64,000 nucleotides of DNA. Source: a virus. The notes beneath the pieces are model-generated. The model searched no databases, was not told where the DNA came from, and worked only from the letters and a program-made list of their open reading frames with translations. The stretch spans positions 17,008 through 81,007 of IMG/VR virus record IMGVR_UViG_3300020125_000051, one strand, 5' to 3'. Shown here in pieces: positions 21,150 to 31,723 of the stretch (the stretch's first letter is position 1; each line of letters opens with the position of its first letter). A program made the translations under genes and the position numbers.

Positions 21150-21162
21150 GAGGTGATAAGAG

Positions 21163-21513
21163 ATGCCAACTACGAGACATGATATAACTGTCAATCAAGG
21201 AGCTGAGTTTACACTTAATGTACAAGCATTGAATGCTGATAGAACAGTTATGGACCTAACTGGATACACCGCAAAAATGCAAGTAAGAGATTCAAAAGGT
21301 GGCTCAACAATATACATGACCGCAAGTACTGCTGCGGGTACAATAACTATAAATGCTCCTGGTGGCATAGTTATGGTCAACGTAGGGGCGGATCTTACCA
21401 CACCTATGACATGGAATAGCGGTTGGTACGATTTAATAGTTACTGCAAGTTCAACTAATGTAAAAAGACTCGTTGAAGGTTTCGCCTCACTGAGTAAGGA
21501 AGTGACAGTCTAA
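21163..21513 (+). CDS. Baseplate/fibre attachment protein (BppU-like)
   Basis: I.QGA.F, DLTGYTA.MQVR, YDL and RLVEG motifs. Confidence 0.65.
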   Translation: MPTTRHDITVNQGAEFTLNVQALNADRTVMDLTGYTAKMQVRDSKGGSTIYMTASTAAGTITINAPGGIVMVNVGADLTTPMTWNSGWYDLIVTASSTNVKRLVEGFASLSKEVTV

Positions 21514-22391
21514 TGGCTAATGCGTTGTTCGAACAAGCTCGTCAGAAGTTTTTGGGTGCCACCATTGACTGGGATGGCCAAACCTTCTCCGCAGTTCTAA
21601 TGGATTTGACACCATCAACTTCTGATGCTGGTATTCGACAGATTACTTCATCTACTAACGCAACTCCTATCGTTGTTACTACTGCTGTGGCGCATGGCTT
21701 CAGCAATGGTGATCTCGTTTATGTAGATGGAATTGCCACAGGAACAAGTGGCAATGGATTATGGACAATTACCGCAGCTTCTGGATCTGTGTTTAGTTTA
21801 ACAGATCCAGTTTCGGGCGCTAACGCTGTAGGTAATGGCGTCGGCGCAGGTGGTTACTGTGTCAATTACGGTCAAACCGCATCCACAGTAAGTGATTTTT
21901 GGGATGACTTTGACGCATCACTTGTTGGTGGTGCATCTGGTAAGGTTAACCTTACAGGTGCTACTATTGCTGCTGGTGTGGCAGATGCTAACGATGTTAC
22001 CTTTACTGCAATTTCTGGTAACACAGTAGAAGCTATCGGTATCATTCGTGATACTGGTACAGCGTCTACTTCTGAAATGGTAGCAATCATTACCGGCAAG
22101 CAGATTGTTACCTGTAATACTACACTATCTGCTGGTACTGCGTTACTTGTAGAACCGATTAAATACGGTATCCCGAACGGCACTGTGCTGGCCTTCTCAG
22201 GTGGGCAGAATGCTACACTGACCGCCTTGGCTAACGCTGGTGATCGAGTTTTGACCGTATCGTCAACTACAGTTAACATTGGTACACGAGCACTTGCCCC
22301 GGCTACTGGCTCAGGTCTTCCTGTTACTCCTAATGGTGGCAACATTGTAGTAACATGGGACAATGGTGTCAACAAGATCTTTAAGCTATAG
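21513..22391 (+). CDS. Minor tail protein with FCCH-like beta insert
   Basis: MANALF...RQKFL, TNATPIVVTT..AHGFSNGD.V and GLPVTPNGGNI.VTW. Confidence 0.65.
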   Translation: MANALFEQARQKFLGATIDWDGQTFSAVLMDLTPSTSDAGIRQITSSTNATPIVVTTAVAHGFSNGDLVYVDGIATGTSGNGLWTITAASGSVFSLTDPVSGANAVGNGVGAGGYCVNYGQTASTVSDFWDDFDASLVGGASGKVNLTGATIAAGVADANDVTFTAISGNTVEAIGIIRDTGTASTSEMVAIITGKQIVTCNTTLSAGTALLVEPIKYGIPNGTVLAFSGGQNATLTALANAGDRVLTVSSTTVNIGTRALAPATGSGLPVTPNGGNIVVTWDNGVNKIFKL

Positions 22392-22399
22392 GAGTATAA

Positions 22400-22990
22400 A
22401 TGAGTCTTCAGACTTGGGAAGAAACGCTTGTTTCCCAACGTGTCGATAGTCCACTACAAACTACTTTCACTACAGCCAAATCAATTTTTGGTGTTGATGG
22501 TACTGACCAGTCTGCGCACTGTAAGTATACAGTACCACCAAACTTTTTTGTGCCAGGAAAAGCACTTAACATTCAGCTTCGTGGTGATATTTCCAATATT
22601 GTTACTACTCCTGGAACGATTACGTTTCAGGTAATGCTTGGTGCAGTGATTGCCTTCACGTCTGGTGCAATCAACCTCTCGACTACTGCTCACACCACGT
22701 TACCATTCTGGCTTGATTTTGATTTAACATGTCAAGTTGATGGTGGTGGTACCCAAGCTAAACTTATGGGTCAGGGCATGATGATTTCAAATACAATTGC
22801 CAACACTTCCGTTGCAGACTCAGTTGCTAACACACTACCAACATTGCTGCTACCAAATACTACACCTGCACAGGGCACTGGCTTTGATTCAACTACATCA
22901 CAAAAAATAGACATCTTCGTTGGATTCTCAGTTTCTAATGCTGGTAATGGTGTTCGGGCTCGGCAGTATCGCCTTCGCGCAATGAATTAA
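22400..22990 (+). CDS. Minor tail/structural protein
   Basis: Beta-rich; SD AGGAG; in the tail operon. Confidence 0.6.
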   Translation: MSLQTWEETLVSQRVDSPLQTTFTTAKSIFGVDGTDQSAHCKYTVPPNFFVPGKALNIQLRGDISNIVTTPGTITFQVMLGAVIAFTSGAINLSTTAHTTLPFWLDFDLTCQVDGGGTQAKLMGQGMMISNTIANTSVADSVANTLPTLLLPNTTPAQGTGFDSTTSQKIDIFVGFSVSNAGNGVRARQYRLRAMN

Positions 22991-23032
22991 GATGTTATCT
23001 TATTTGGCGGTGATAGGATAGGAGGTTAAGCA

Positions 23033-25030
23033 GTGACCTCAATCTCTAGTATTACCACCGCCACCAATAATGGTACATCAGCTACCATTTCGGTAACTAC
23101 TAGTGAATCACCAGTTACCACTAAAGTCGGCGACTTAGTTATCGTCATACACAGCAATGACTTCTATACATTATCAGCCATGCCAACACCGACGGCAACT
23201 GGATCTCCCACATTAACTAATATTGTCGACGCTGATGGTGGAACTAATCAGGCACATATTCGATCATGGCGTTATGTAGCTAATACTGCTGGTGCGCAAA
23301 CAGTTTCTGTAACGGAAACTGGTGCGCATGATGAAGAAAAATTCATGGCTGTGTACGTGCTTTCGGGTGCAAATACCAGCAACCCGATTGATGGCACACC
23401 AGCTAGCAACTTCTCAACGACTCAACAAACCAATCAAGTCTGTAATGGTATTACAGTTACTAATTCTGATTCATTTTGTATACAATCATTGGCTGCTGGT
23501 ACTGGTGTCGCTGCACCTAGCTATACTCCACCAGGTGGTACGACTAAACAATATGATCAAAATGTTGGTGGTGGTTCTCACGGTGGTGGAACCATTCAAC
23601 TGTCTGCTTCTGGTGCTACTGGTAACTTTACGTGGACTATTCCGCCATCTGGTACACCATATGCTTCAGTTACGTTTGCAATTGCTAATGGCACAACACC
23701 AGCTGTATTGGGAATGCAATCTACTAATAGACACCCAGGACGTGGAACTGGTGTAGCAAGATTCATTCAAACCAGAGCATCATTCGAAACTGTTCAAACC
23801 GCAGTTGATCAAACTGTAACTGCTAATGGTATATCCGGTTCGGAAATACTAGGTAACACCTTAACAGCGCCCGCAATTCCAGCAAACGCAATACCAGGGT
23901 CTGAAAGATTTGGCGCTGCGCTTACTGCGCCCAGCATTACCACAGGTATAACTACATCTGAAGGTCTTGGTTCACCAACTATAACACTTACCGTTACATC
24001 CAACTCAATTACTTCTAATGAAACTTTCGGTGCTGCTACTGTAGCTCAGGGTGTTTCTGACAATAGCATTACTAGCAATGAGGTTTTTGGGGCTGCCTCT
24101 GTTTCATTGACAGTTCCGGCAAATAGTATAACAAGCAGCGAACGTGTCGGTTCACCTGTGGTGTCTCTGACAGTAACCCCACAGGCAATAACAACGAATG
24201 AGCAATTTGGTAGCGCCAGTGTCTCAATTGGAGTAAATCCACAAGGTATTACATCTAATGAGCGACTTGGTTCTCCAACAATAACACTTACGGTTACTGC
24301 TAATAGTATTTCAAGTTCTGAGATAGCTGGCAATCCGAATATCGCGGCCGCTAGCTCCGTTACGCCACAGGCAATTAACAGCGCTGAGCAGGTCGGTCAG
24401 CCGGCCGTAACGGCTACCTACACGATAAATGCTCATGGTATTCCGTCTAGTGAGTCAATTGGTAATTCAACTGTTACATTAACAGTCGCAGCTAATAACA
24501 TATCAAGCAACGAACGTGTTGGTAATCCTGGTATCCAAGTTATCGTAGCAGCTAACGCAGGTAGTATTTCGTCTAGTGAAACGTTTGGTAATGCTACTGT
24601 ATCTAGTACATATACTGTAACTGCAAATGGTATTACTAGCGAAAACAAAATTGGAAATGCGAGTGTAGCTGCGGCAGCCGTTATAACTGCTGGTTCAATT
24701 ACTTCAAGTGAAACTTTCGGAAAACCTGCTGTAACAACTGGTGCTGTCACAGTACAAGTACAAAGTATTTCATCAAGTGAACAATTCGGTAGATCCATTG
24801 TTTCACTAGGTTTACTTGCTTCAACCATTCAGGCACAAAGTATAACTAGTGAGAATAGATTTGGAACTCCATTTGTTGGACCAGAGGTAGATGACGCTAT
24901 TATCTGGCGTGCTGATAGAAACGTTGTTTATGTAGAAGATGCAGATGTAGATTCTACTGTGGCAATCGATGTTGTTGTTTATGAACGAGATGACTTAATA
25001 GATGCAATTACTGGACCTGATGTAATTTAG
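23033..25030 (+). CDS. Tail fibre-like repeat protein
   Basis: Many ~20-aa repeats of A.SI.S.E..G...V; last gene of the structural operon. Confidence 0.7.
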   Translation: MTSISSITTATNNGTSATISVTTSESPVTTKVGDLVIVIHSNDFYTLSAMPTPTATGSPTLTNIVDADGGTNQAHIRSWRYVANTAGAQTVSVTETGAHDEEKFMAVYVLSGANTSNPIDGTPASNFSTTQQTNQVCNGITVTNSDSFCIQSLAAGTGVAAPSYTPPGGTTKQYDQNVGGGSHGGGTIQLSASGATGNFTWTIPPSGTPYASVTFAIANGTTPAVLGMQSTNRHPGRGTGVARFIQTRASFETVQTAVDQTVTANGISGSEILGNTLTAPAIPANAIPGSERFGAALTAPSITTGITTSEGLGSPTITLTVTSNSITSNETFGAATVAQGVSDNSITSNEVFGAASVSLTVPANSITSSERVGSPVVSLTVTPQAITTNEQFGSASVSIGVNPQGITSNERLGSPTITLTVTANSISSSEIAGNPNIAAASSVTPQAINSAEQVGQPAVTATYTINAHGIPSSESIGNSTVTLTVAANNISSNERVGNPGIQVIVAANAGSISSSETFGNATVSSTYTVTANGITSENKIGNASVAAAAVITAGSITSSETFGKPAVTTGAVTVQVQSISSSEQFGRSIVSLGLLASTIQAQSITSENRFGTPFVGPEVDDAIIWRADRNVVYVEDADVDSTVAIDVVVYERDDLIDAITGPDVI

Positions 25031-25040
25031 CACAAACACG

Positions 25041-25077
25041 AAAAGGGCGGTCTTCCTCTAATGGAAGCCGCCCTTTT
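25041..25077. terminator. Bidirectional intrinsic terminator
   Basis: AAAAGGGCGG-TCTTCC...GGAAG-CCGCCCTTTT between convergent operons. Confidence 0.85.
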
Positions 25078-25079
25078 CT

Positions 25080-25520
25080 TTACAAAGATTTTAGTTTTTC
25101 TGTTGCTTCTTCCATCCATATCTTGTTCTTCATTCGATGTCGGAATAAAAGTCTCATCGCATCGTTTCCATGTGGATGACCAATATTATATACACCCATT
25201 ACCTTGAGTTTTTTATCATCCCAGAAGCCTTTGCCATCACTTGGTGTTATCTTAATCACTTCTAAACAATTTAGTTGTGCATAAAGTTCAATCACACCAA
25301 TATACTCAACGCCGGTGAACACAACACCTTTCATGTTCTGGCGGAAGTGAAAAGCTTCGTAGATTATGGTTTTAGGTTGAAGTGCTGATAATACATCATA
25401 TAAAGTTTCATGCGGATGTGGATAAAGGTCTGCTCTTACTTCAAATGATCTATATTCATCACTTGTCTTGGTAGCGAATCCTGTGGTGGTTCCTGGGTCT
25501 AGCGCGCAAATGTCAGCCAT
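25080..25520 (-). CDS. RuvC-like Holliday junction resolvase
   Basis: ALDPGTTTGFA, IIYE.F and H..DA motifs. Confidence 0.8.
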   Translation of the reverse strand: MADICALDPGTTTGFATKTSDEYRSFEVRADLYPHPHETLYDVLSALQPKTIIYEAFHFRQNMKGVVFTGVEYIGVIELYAQLNCLEVIKITPSDGKGFWDDKKLKVMGVYNIGHPHGNDAMRLLFRHRMKNKIWMEEATEKLKSL

Positions 25521-25745
25521 TTAGGTTTAATCCACCTCGCATTTTCTTTTTAGCTAAACTAAGTTTTACACGCTCTAAAAAGTCATCAGCCTTAGCTTTG
25601 CAGTTGCCACATCCACATAAATCTTCTATTGGTATGTTGATATGACAGGTATGACAATGAGCTGAATCGGCTAAACAGCACTTACAATTTGTACATAAGG
25701 CTGTTAGAACTTCATTGTTAAGCTTAGTTAGTGATGCTGCCATAA

Positions 25746-26090
25746 TTATTCCTTGGGATTGGTGGTTGCTGCACTAACTATATCCTTATCTGGTGCAGTC
25801 GTGATGGCTTCACCAGCAGCTACTATTTGAGGGTTATTAATTGGGTCAGGTACGTAGACTGCTACCCTCGCGTTTGGAGTAACAGCCGGTCGTGTCCAAA
25901 CGGCTTGAATTACTGCAAGTATCGCGGCAATAAATCCAATTAACGAGTTTGGCACCTCAGGCGATAAAACTATGCCAATTGAAGATAGTAATAGTACTAA
26001 CGCCATTATGGCACCACGCAATAATGCTGGGTCAAGATGAACTAACTTCCACCAAAAATTATCCTTAGGATTTTCCTGTGGATTCGTCAT
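25746..26090 (-). CDS. Holin-like membrane protein
   Basis: DPALLRG, two hydrophobic helices, then R..VTP. Confidence 0.6.
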   Translation of the reverse strand: MTNPQENPKDNFWWKLVHLDPALLRGAIMALVLLLSSIGIVLSPEVPNSLIGFIAAILAVIQAVWTRPAVTPNARVAVYVPDPINNPQIVAAGEAITTAPDKDIVSAATTNPKE

Positions 26091-26092
26091 TA

Positions 26093-28108
26093 TTACTCCT
26101 GTCCACGGTATATGGTTGGTAAATCTCTTCTCTTAATCTGTGATGGTGGATCTAATTCATTTGCAATAGACCGTAGAGTGTCAGCAACTACTTTTGCACT
26201 TTCAGAAGTAAAGTCATAAATAGTTTGCATATAAGAGGTAGCTCTTGGTTCATCTGGCGTTTCATCTGGAGTAAGTCGTTGAACTATTACTTTATACATC
26301 ATGCCAAACCATCTATTCTTGTTTCATAGTAGATTACTGGCTTACCAAAATTACTTGGAAATGCAACTTTGGCATGTGGAAACATTGCTCTTGGTTCAAT
26401 GGTAACTTCAAACTCTACTTCATGGGAAAGTCTTTTGAATCTTACTTTCTTAAATGGCATCCACCATCTACTAATATAAGTATATTTAAAGTGATCCCAC
26501 CAAGTACAATAATGTGTTGACGTTACAGTTTTAGTTCTTCTTATTGTTTGAGGTTCACCAGTTGCCGCAGTTAGCACATATGCTTTTAATGTTATAACGA
26601 GTTGATCTAAAGATTGATCAAGCACAATCTTTGGATCTACACATACTTCTAGTTCTCTTCTGCTGACTAGTTTAGTAAACCCGACATTTTTCCATTGAGC
26701 TAATTGTTCATGTGGCATTGTTGCTTCAGTTGGAGATTTATCCATTGTCATTGCCATCAAGCATCAATCTATCTGCCAACTTGCGATGAATTTCGATAAT
26801 ACCAATTATCTTGTACCAAGGCAAATCACCGTCTGTGAATAACACAGGATGGTTAGTCAGTACTACTCCGTCATCAGTTATACGCTGAGACACTGACAAT
26901 ATTACATACTCTTGCAGCATTTCACCTGGATCTACAACTCCATATGCTTCAAGAGCATTTTGAATTGCAGCAGTAAGTGCTTCATCGGCTTTAACTTGCG
27001 CATCAGTTCTGTTCATTAACATTTTTCCTAGTTCCATCCTCATTGAATAGTGAGCAATCACCTGGACAACACTGGTGATAGTCAGGCATACACTCTGTGC
27101 ATGACCATTGATTTTTTGCTTTATGTTTTGTATAGTGTAATTTCATTTGTACATTACAAAGTCGCCAGAAATGACCTTGCGTATTATTGCCAGTGTGATG
27201 ACCACATCTAGCACATATTAGACAACGACAGGTATATCCACCATGACCGTCACTATAAACAGGTGGACGTTCTGCGTCACATCCTTCTACTCTTGGTACA
27301 CCATGTTTATCTTTGATCAAATTGTTTGAACTCATCTAACAATTCCTTCGCAAAATCTTCTTCACCAAAGAATGCACGTTCAAGTGTATCAAGTGGCATT
27401 ACACATTCATTTAATTCAAAATCCCATAGAGATCCTTCCTTAGTACAGAAGAGTCCAAATGGATGATACATCTTGATTAGTTCTGGTGATATAGAATTTT
27501 CATGTTGTTGACAGGCGAGTACACCTGGGTAAAAACCTTGACCATCTAATGTATTCAACATAAAATGTCTTGTTACTGGAGATTTGTTACATTCGTATTC
27601 TGATTCAAAATTTGGACTTGAATTATAACCACAACTATTTCCATTCCAACCTCGCATAGGACCTACTCGGTCATCCATGGTTCATCCCAATCAAGTACTG
27701 GAATATCTTTGTGAAATCCTTGCAGCGAATTAACTACCCAATCAAGTTTGTCTGTCGGACATGTAGCTATTAATTCCGGCTCACGCATATAATTTTCGGT
27801 GTATATCTCGTTGCCTTTAACTCTGAAGCATTTCAATGGTGTCATAGCTACCATGGCAGTCCTCGCAAATCTGATTCATGTGCCCAATCTTGGGTATAGT
27901 TACATTTTTCAGTTGGACAAATCCAACCATCAACCGTAGCTTCTAGTACGTGGCTGCTATCATATCCACAGGTGTATGGATGCCTACGATAATCCCGTTG
28001 GGATTCGTTTAAATTGTAGACTTGTTGCTCAGTCCACGGTGCTCGTGTCATCACCAAGGCCACTTTCCTATTATATAAAATCTTGCATAGTGTTTGGAGC
28101 CACAGCAA
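26093..28108 (-). other. Run of tightly packed small hypothetical ORFs (26093, 26299, 26738, 27003, 27307, 27663, 27848)
   Basis: Abutting or overlapping ORFs on the - strand, several Cys/His-rich. Confidence 0.55.
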
Positions 28109-28775
28109 TTAGTTGTTTTAGTATTTGTTTCGCCAATTCTTGAATTTCACCATCAGCAGCAGGATGATTTCGTTTTTGAATCACTTCGCGCCAAGCTCGC
28201 ATGTTTCCAGTGACAATTAATTTAGTTTCTGTAGCATTTGGTAATACCGATCTAGCAACTTGACGTGCGTATTTGCGTGAGACACCTTGTTGACTTAACA
28301 ATTCGACAATAGACGAATATTTGCGTTTAGCATCTTCCATTGTATTTCTTAGTACTGTATCAAGAATATCATAGGTAGTTGATGAATTTAAATTTGGAGG
28401 AATAATATATTTTGCTGCTGATTCATCTACATAACGCTGAGATAATTGCGAATAAGAAAGATGTCTGTGTCTAATTAATTCATGAGTTAGTGATCTTGAT
28501 ATTTCAGCAATATAGAATGAAGCTGAAGCGTGCTCTAGCACCGATGCATGGTTACTACTAATAATGTTGGCTAAATAATTTTTATTGAGTTTTGTCTTTT
28601 CATTAGGTCTATCCCATGATTGATAACATAGTCTGCCTGCAAATTCGGCCAATAAATCTGCATCAGTAATATCACTATCAATTGGAAATTCCTGCGGAAT
28701 CCAACCAGCAATTGGAAGTACTGGTAAATTTACCATTGTATAGGCTACTAATGTTACAATCATTACCAAGGCCAC
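28071..28775 (-). CDS. thyX: FAD-dependent thymidylate synthase
   Basis: H.SVLEH, RSLTHELIRHRHLSYSQLSQRYV, AR.VLP and N.R.W motifs. Confidence 0.95.
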   Translation of the reverse strand: MALVMIVTLVAYTMVNLPVLPIAGWIPQEFPIDSDITDADLLAEFAGRLCYQSWDRPNEKTKLNKNYLANIISSNHASVLEHASASFYIAEISRSLTHELIRHRHLSYSQLSQRYVDESAAKYIIPPNLNSSTTYDILDTVLRNTMEDAKRKYSSIVELLSQQGVSRKYARQVARSVLPNATETKLIVTGNMRAWREVIQKRNHPAADGEIQELAKQILKQLIAVAPNTMQDFI

Positions 28776-29089
28776 TTTCCTATTAACCAGCTAGGACGTT
28801 GTTCTTCATTGCTTGCTGCTCTAGGGTTATCTGGATTTAAACCCCATTCGTAACTCCAGTTGCAATCTTCATTTTCACAATATAGGTCACCAGCAGAACC
28901 ACAGTTCATGCAAGATACCCAATGTCCATCGCCTCGCTGATAAGTGTGACAAGAGTTACCAACCCAAATTGGTGAAGTTCCACATTTTGGACATGGTGCA
29001 TCTATATATGGATCATATTTTCCTTCAACAAAAATCATTTGTGTTCGTTCTGGTTCTTGTTTTGTAGTCCTCTTTAAAAAATTCAACAT
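28763..29089 (-). CDS. Zn-ribbon hypothetical protein
   Basis: CPKC, CMNC and C....C motifs. Confidence 0.55.
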   Translation of the reverse strand: MLNFLKRTTKQEPERTQMIFVEGKYDPYIDAPCPKCGTSPIWVGNSCHTYQRGDGHWVSCMNCGSAGDLYCENEDCNWSYEWGLNPDNPRAASNEEQRPSWLIGKWPW

Positions 29090-31419
29090 TACAGATCACT
29101 CCATCGCTTTCCAATCGAAACATCTACTGCGAATGGTACGTAATCAGTAAATGTAGTAGCTGCTTTAACCATTGATTCACGAGCGATCTCAATTACTTCA
29201 TCTGCATTTTCTTCTTTACATTCAAAGATCATCGCGTCGTGAATAGTTAATCTAGTAATTGCTCGACCACGAAGCTTTGGCTGTAAATCAATGAGTGAAG
29301 TCAGGCAGATATCACTTGCAATTGATTGTGGTAGAAAGCTCAATCCTTCATTGAGAACGTCATGTCTGTTTTGATCAGTGATCAGCCAGAACGAACGTTT
29401 ACGTCCAAATGGCGTGAGAAGATCATCACCATTAAGAATTTGGTTTTTAACGGCTGTTTGCCACTGGATAACCTTAGAAATTAGCGTGTTAAACTCACGC
29501 ATTAGAATCTTGGTTTCCGTGAGAGAAATGCTAGAGCCTTGTTGTTGTAGCTCCTGGCAAATAGCTTCTACACCGCGACCATAAGCATTGCCATAGAAGA
29601 TGGACTTCATGCTTACGCGATTTTCTTTACTCCATTTACCTACACCGTAGATATCATTGCAAAGTTCATTGAAGATATCACGATCTGGGTCGCGGAAGAT
29701 ATTAGCTAAATACTCGTCTTGCGCCAAAGTCGTAATAACACGACCTTCTGCTTGTTTGTAGTCAAGCTGAATAAGCACATTCGCTTCATCTTCCACGGTG
29801 AATTGATGCTTGATCCGCTTATCCCTGACAATATTTTGCATGTTCGGGTTCTTAGAAGCAAGACGGCCTGACGTCGTACCATGGAGTGTGTACGTGGTGA
29901 ATACCTTATCACCGTATATTCTTTTTTGGAAGCCTTTGACATACGTACCATTAAGCTTCGTTCTACGGCGATGTAAGAGAAGTTGACTAATGAATGTTCT
30001 AACGGTTCCTGAGATTGCATCTTTTTGAAGTAGTCTTTCTAGGAGATCCTTATTTGTAGAAGGTAGAATCATACCTTGTTCGGCAAACCATCTAGTGATT
30101 TGCAACGGTGAACGCGGGTTTAGTGCCCTACCTGTGGTGTTTGCTATCTCACCTTCGAATTCAAATAGTTCTTTTTCTAAGATTGCTTGCAGTTCTATAC
30201 TGTATTTTTCATCAAATGACATTCCAGCACGTTCTAAGAACATCAACGCATTGGATGCCTTGATTAAGAAATCGTGTTCGAAACGTTCTCTTTCGGTGAA
30301 CCGCTCACTAAACAAACGCCACAGATCGTAGGTGACCGTGACATCATAAGCGTTATATTTGTATAGAACACTCCTCGGGATGTCAGCATAGTTTCCACCT
30401 CTTGGAATATATTTGTGAATCTCCGACTCCCAGTCCGGAGTGCCCAACAACTCAATCCCAAGCTTTTTAAGTCCATGCTGTCCGGGTCGTTCGTCAAGAC
30501 AATAAGACATGAGCATTGTGTCGGCATAGGCTTCTAACTCACCGAAGTGGGGGTACAATCCTGCCAGGTCAAATTTAGCATTGTGCGCAATAATAGGACG
30601 GGATCGTAAATATCTTGCGAACAAAGGCGAAACTTTTGCATCCGTAAGTCCACGTCCAGAGAATACGACTGCTTTTCCGGGTCTATAGCAGATACCCACG
30701 CATAGCAAACCATATTGATCTGGGTGGACGTAAGTGTTGTCTTTTTCAATGCCACACTCAATATCGATAACGATAGGTCCCTCAACTGTTTCCAGTCTTT
30801 GGATTGCTTCTCTAGTCGCATCTGGAGAGTCAAACGAAACGAATTGAGGCTCACTCCAATTTGCATATGTTGTTCCTCGTAATTTGGCCGTATCTGATAC
30901 AAATGATGGGAATGCGTCTGGCGCACGCAAGCAATATGCTGGATGCCAAGTTGCAACTACAGACACACGTTCGTCTTCTATATATGGTTTTGGCGCACCG
31001 ATACGCAAAGATGATATTTTCTTCTTTGGATTAATTAAAGCGCTGGCTGCGGTACCTCCGACCGCTAAAATCTTTTCTACGCCGCTGTGAGCTAGCTCGG
31101 CATCGAGCCTAGGCTTGCACGCGGCGACCGCAGCTTTCGGTGGATCATCGTTATTCTCTGGTCTACACAAACAAATGTTGGTAACCATGACATCTTGTCG
31201 ATGATACCCATTGTGTTGAAGTACTTGATCTAGTAATTTACCAGATGGACCAGTAAATGGAATACCTCGAACAGCCTCATATGCGCCCGGCGCTTCTCCT
31301 ATGATGGCGAGCTTAGCTCTTGGCTGTGGGTTTTGGGTAGGCACGAATGGTGCGGTTTGAAAAGGACATTCCCAACATTTAGCATATGGCGCCTTGGAAT
31401 GGCGCATCTCATCAGGCAT
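29089..31419 (-). CDS. polA: DNA polymerase I family A with N-terminal uracil-DNA glycosylase domain
   Basis: UDG family 4 motifs (C..C, GEAPG, GIPF.GPSG, HPAY.LR); 3'-5' exonuclease DIE/HNAKFD/YNAYD; polymerase motifs DYKQAE, R...K...YG..YG and HD. Confidence 0.95.
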   Translation of the reverse strand: MPDEMRHSKAPYAKCWECPFQTAPFVPTQNPQPRAKLAIIGEAPGAYEAVRGIPFTGPSGKLLDQVLQHNGYHRQDVMVTNICLCRPENNDDPPKAAVAACKPRLDAELAHSGVEKILAVGGTAASALINPKKKISSLRIGAPKPYIEDERVSVVATWHPAYCLRAPDAFPSFVSDTAKLRGTTYANWSEPQFVSFDSPDATREAIQRLETVEGPIVIDIECGIEKDNTYVHPDQYGLLCVGICYRPGKAVVFSGRGLTDAKVSPLFARYLRSRPIIAHNAKFDLAGLYPHFGELEAYADTMLMSYCLDERPGQHGLKKLGIELLGTPDWESEIHKYIPRGGNYADIPRSVLYKYNAYDVTVTYDLWRLFSERFTERERFEHDFLIKASNALMFLERAGMSFDEKYSIELQAILEKELFEFEGEIANTTGRALNPRSPLQITRWFAEQGMILPSTNKDLLERLLQKDAISGTVRTFISQLLLHRRRTKLNGTYVKGFQKRIYGDKVFTTYTLHGTTSGRLASKNPNMQNIVRDKRIKHQFTVEDEANVLIQLDYKQAEGRVITTLAQDEYLANIFRDPDRDIFNELCNDIYGVGKWSKENRVSMKSIFYGNAYGRGVEAICQELQQQGSSISLTETKILMREFNTLISKVIQWQTAVKNQILNGDDLLTPFGRKRSFWLITDQNRHDVLNEGLSFLPQSIASDICLTSLIDLQPKLRGRAITRLTIHDAMIFECKEENADEVIEIARESMVKAATTFTDYVPFAVDVSIGKRWSDL

Positions 31420-31426
31420 TAACTAC

Positions 31427-31723
31427 CTACTGTTCTACTAAAATTTTCTCCGCTGTAGAACCAAAAATCAAATCATTAGATCCTAGTAACTCAACATCAA
31501 CCCATAATAATTCATGGCCATCGCAGTAGACATAGTTTAATTCATTAGAAAGATCTTTAACAACTTGAGGTAGATTTGCACCCTCTCTTACGTTATCTTT
31601 CAACCATGCATTAACCTTTTCTTTCAAGGTTACTGTGTTGAATGGAATAGTGTCTAATGGTCCATGAAATTTAACAGTTATTCGATGTGTTCCGTGGGTA
31701 ACTCTTATTCCTATATAAGGCAT
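31427..31723 (-). CDS. Hypothetical protein
   Basis: Coupled between primase and polymerase. Confidence 0.55.
   Translation of the reverse strand: MPYIGIRVTHGTHRITVKFHGPLDTIPFNTVTLKEKVNAWLKDNVREGANLPQVVKDLSNELNYVYCDGHELLWVDVELLGSNDLIFGSTAEKILVEQ

Noticed and set aside
1195-24828. Antisense ORFs within the structural genes
   Set aside because: They are shadows of strongly supported + strand genes and have no motifs.
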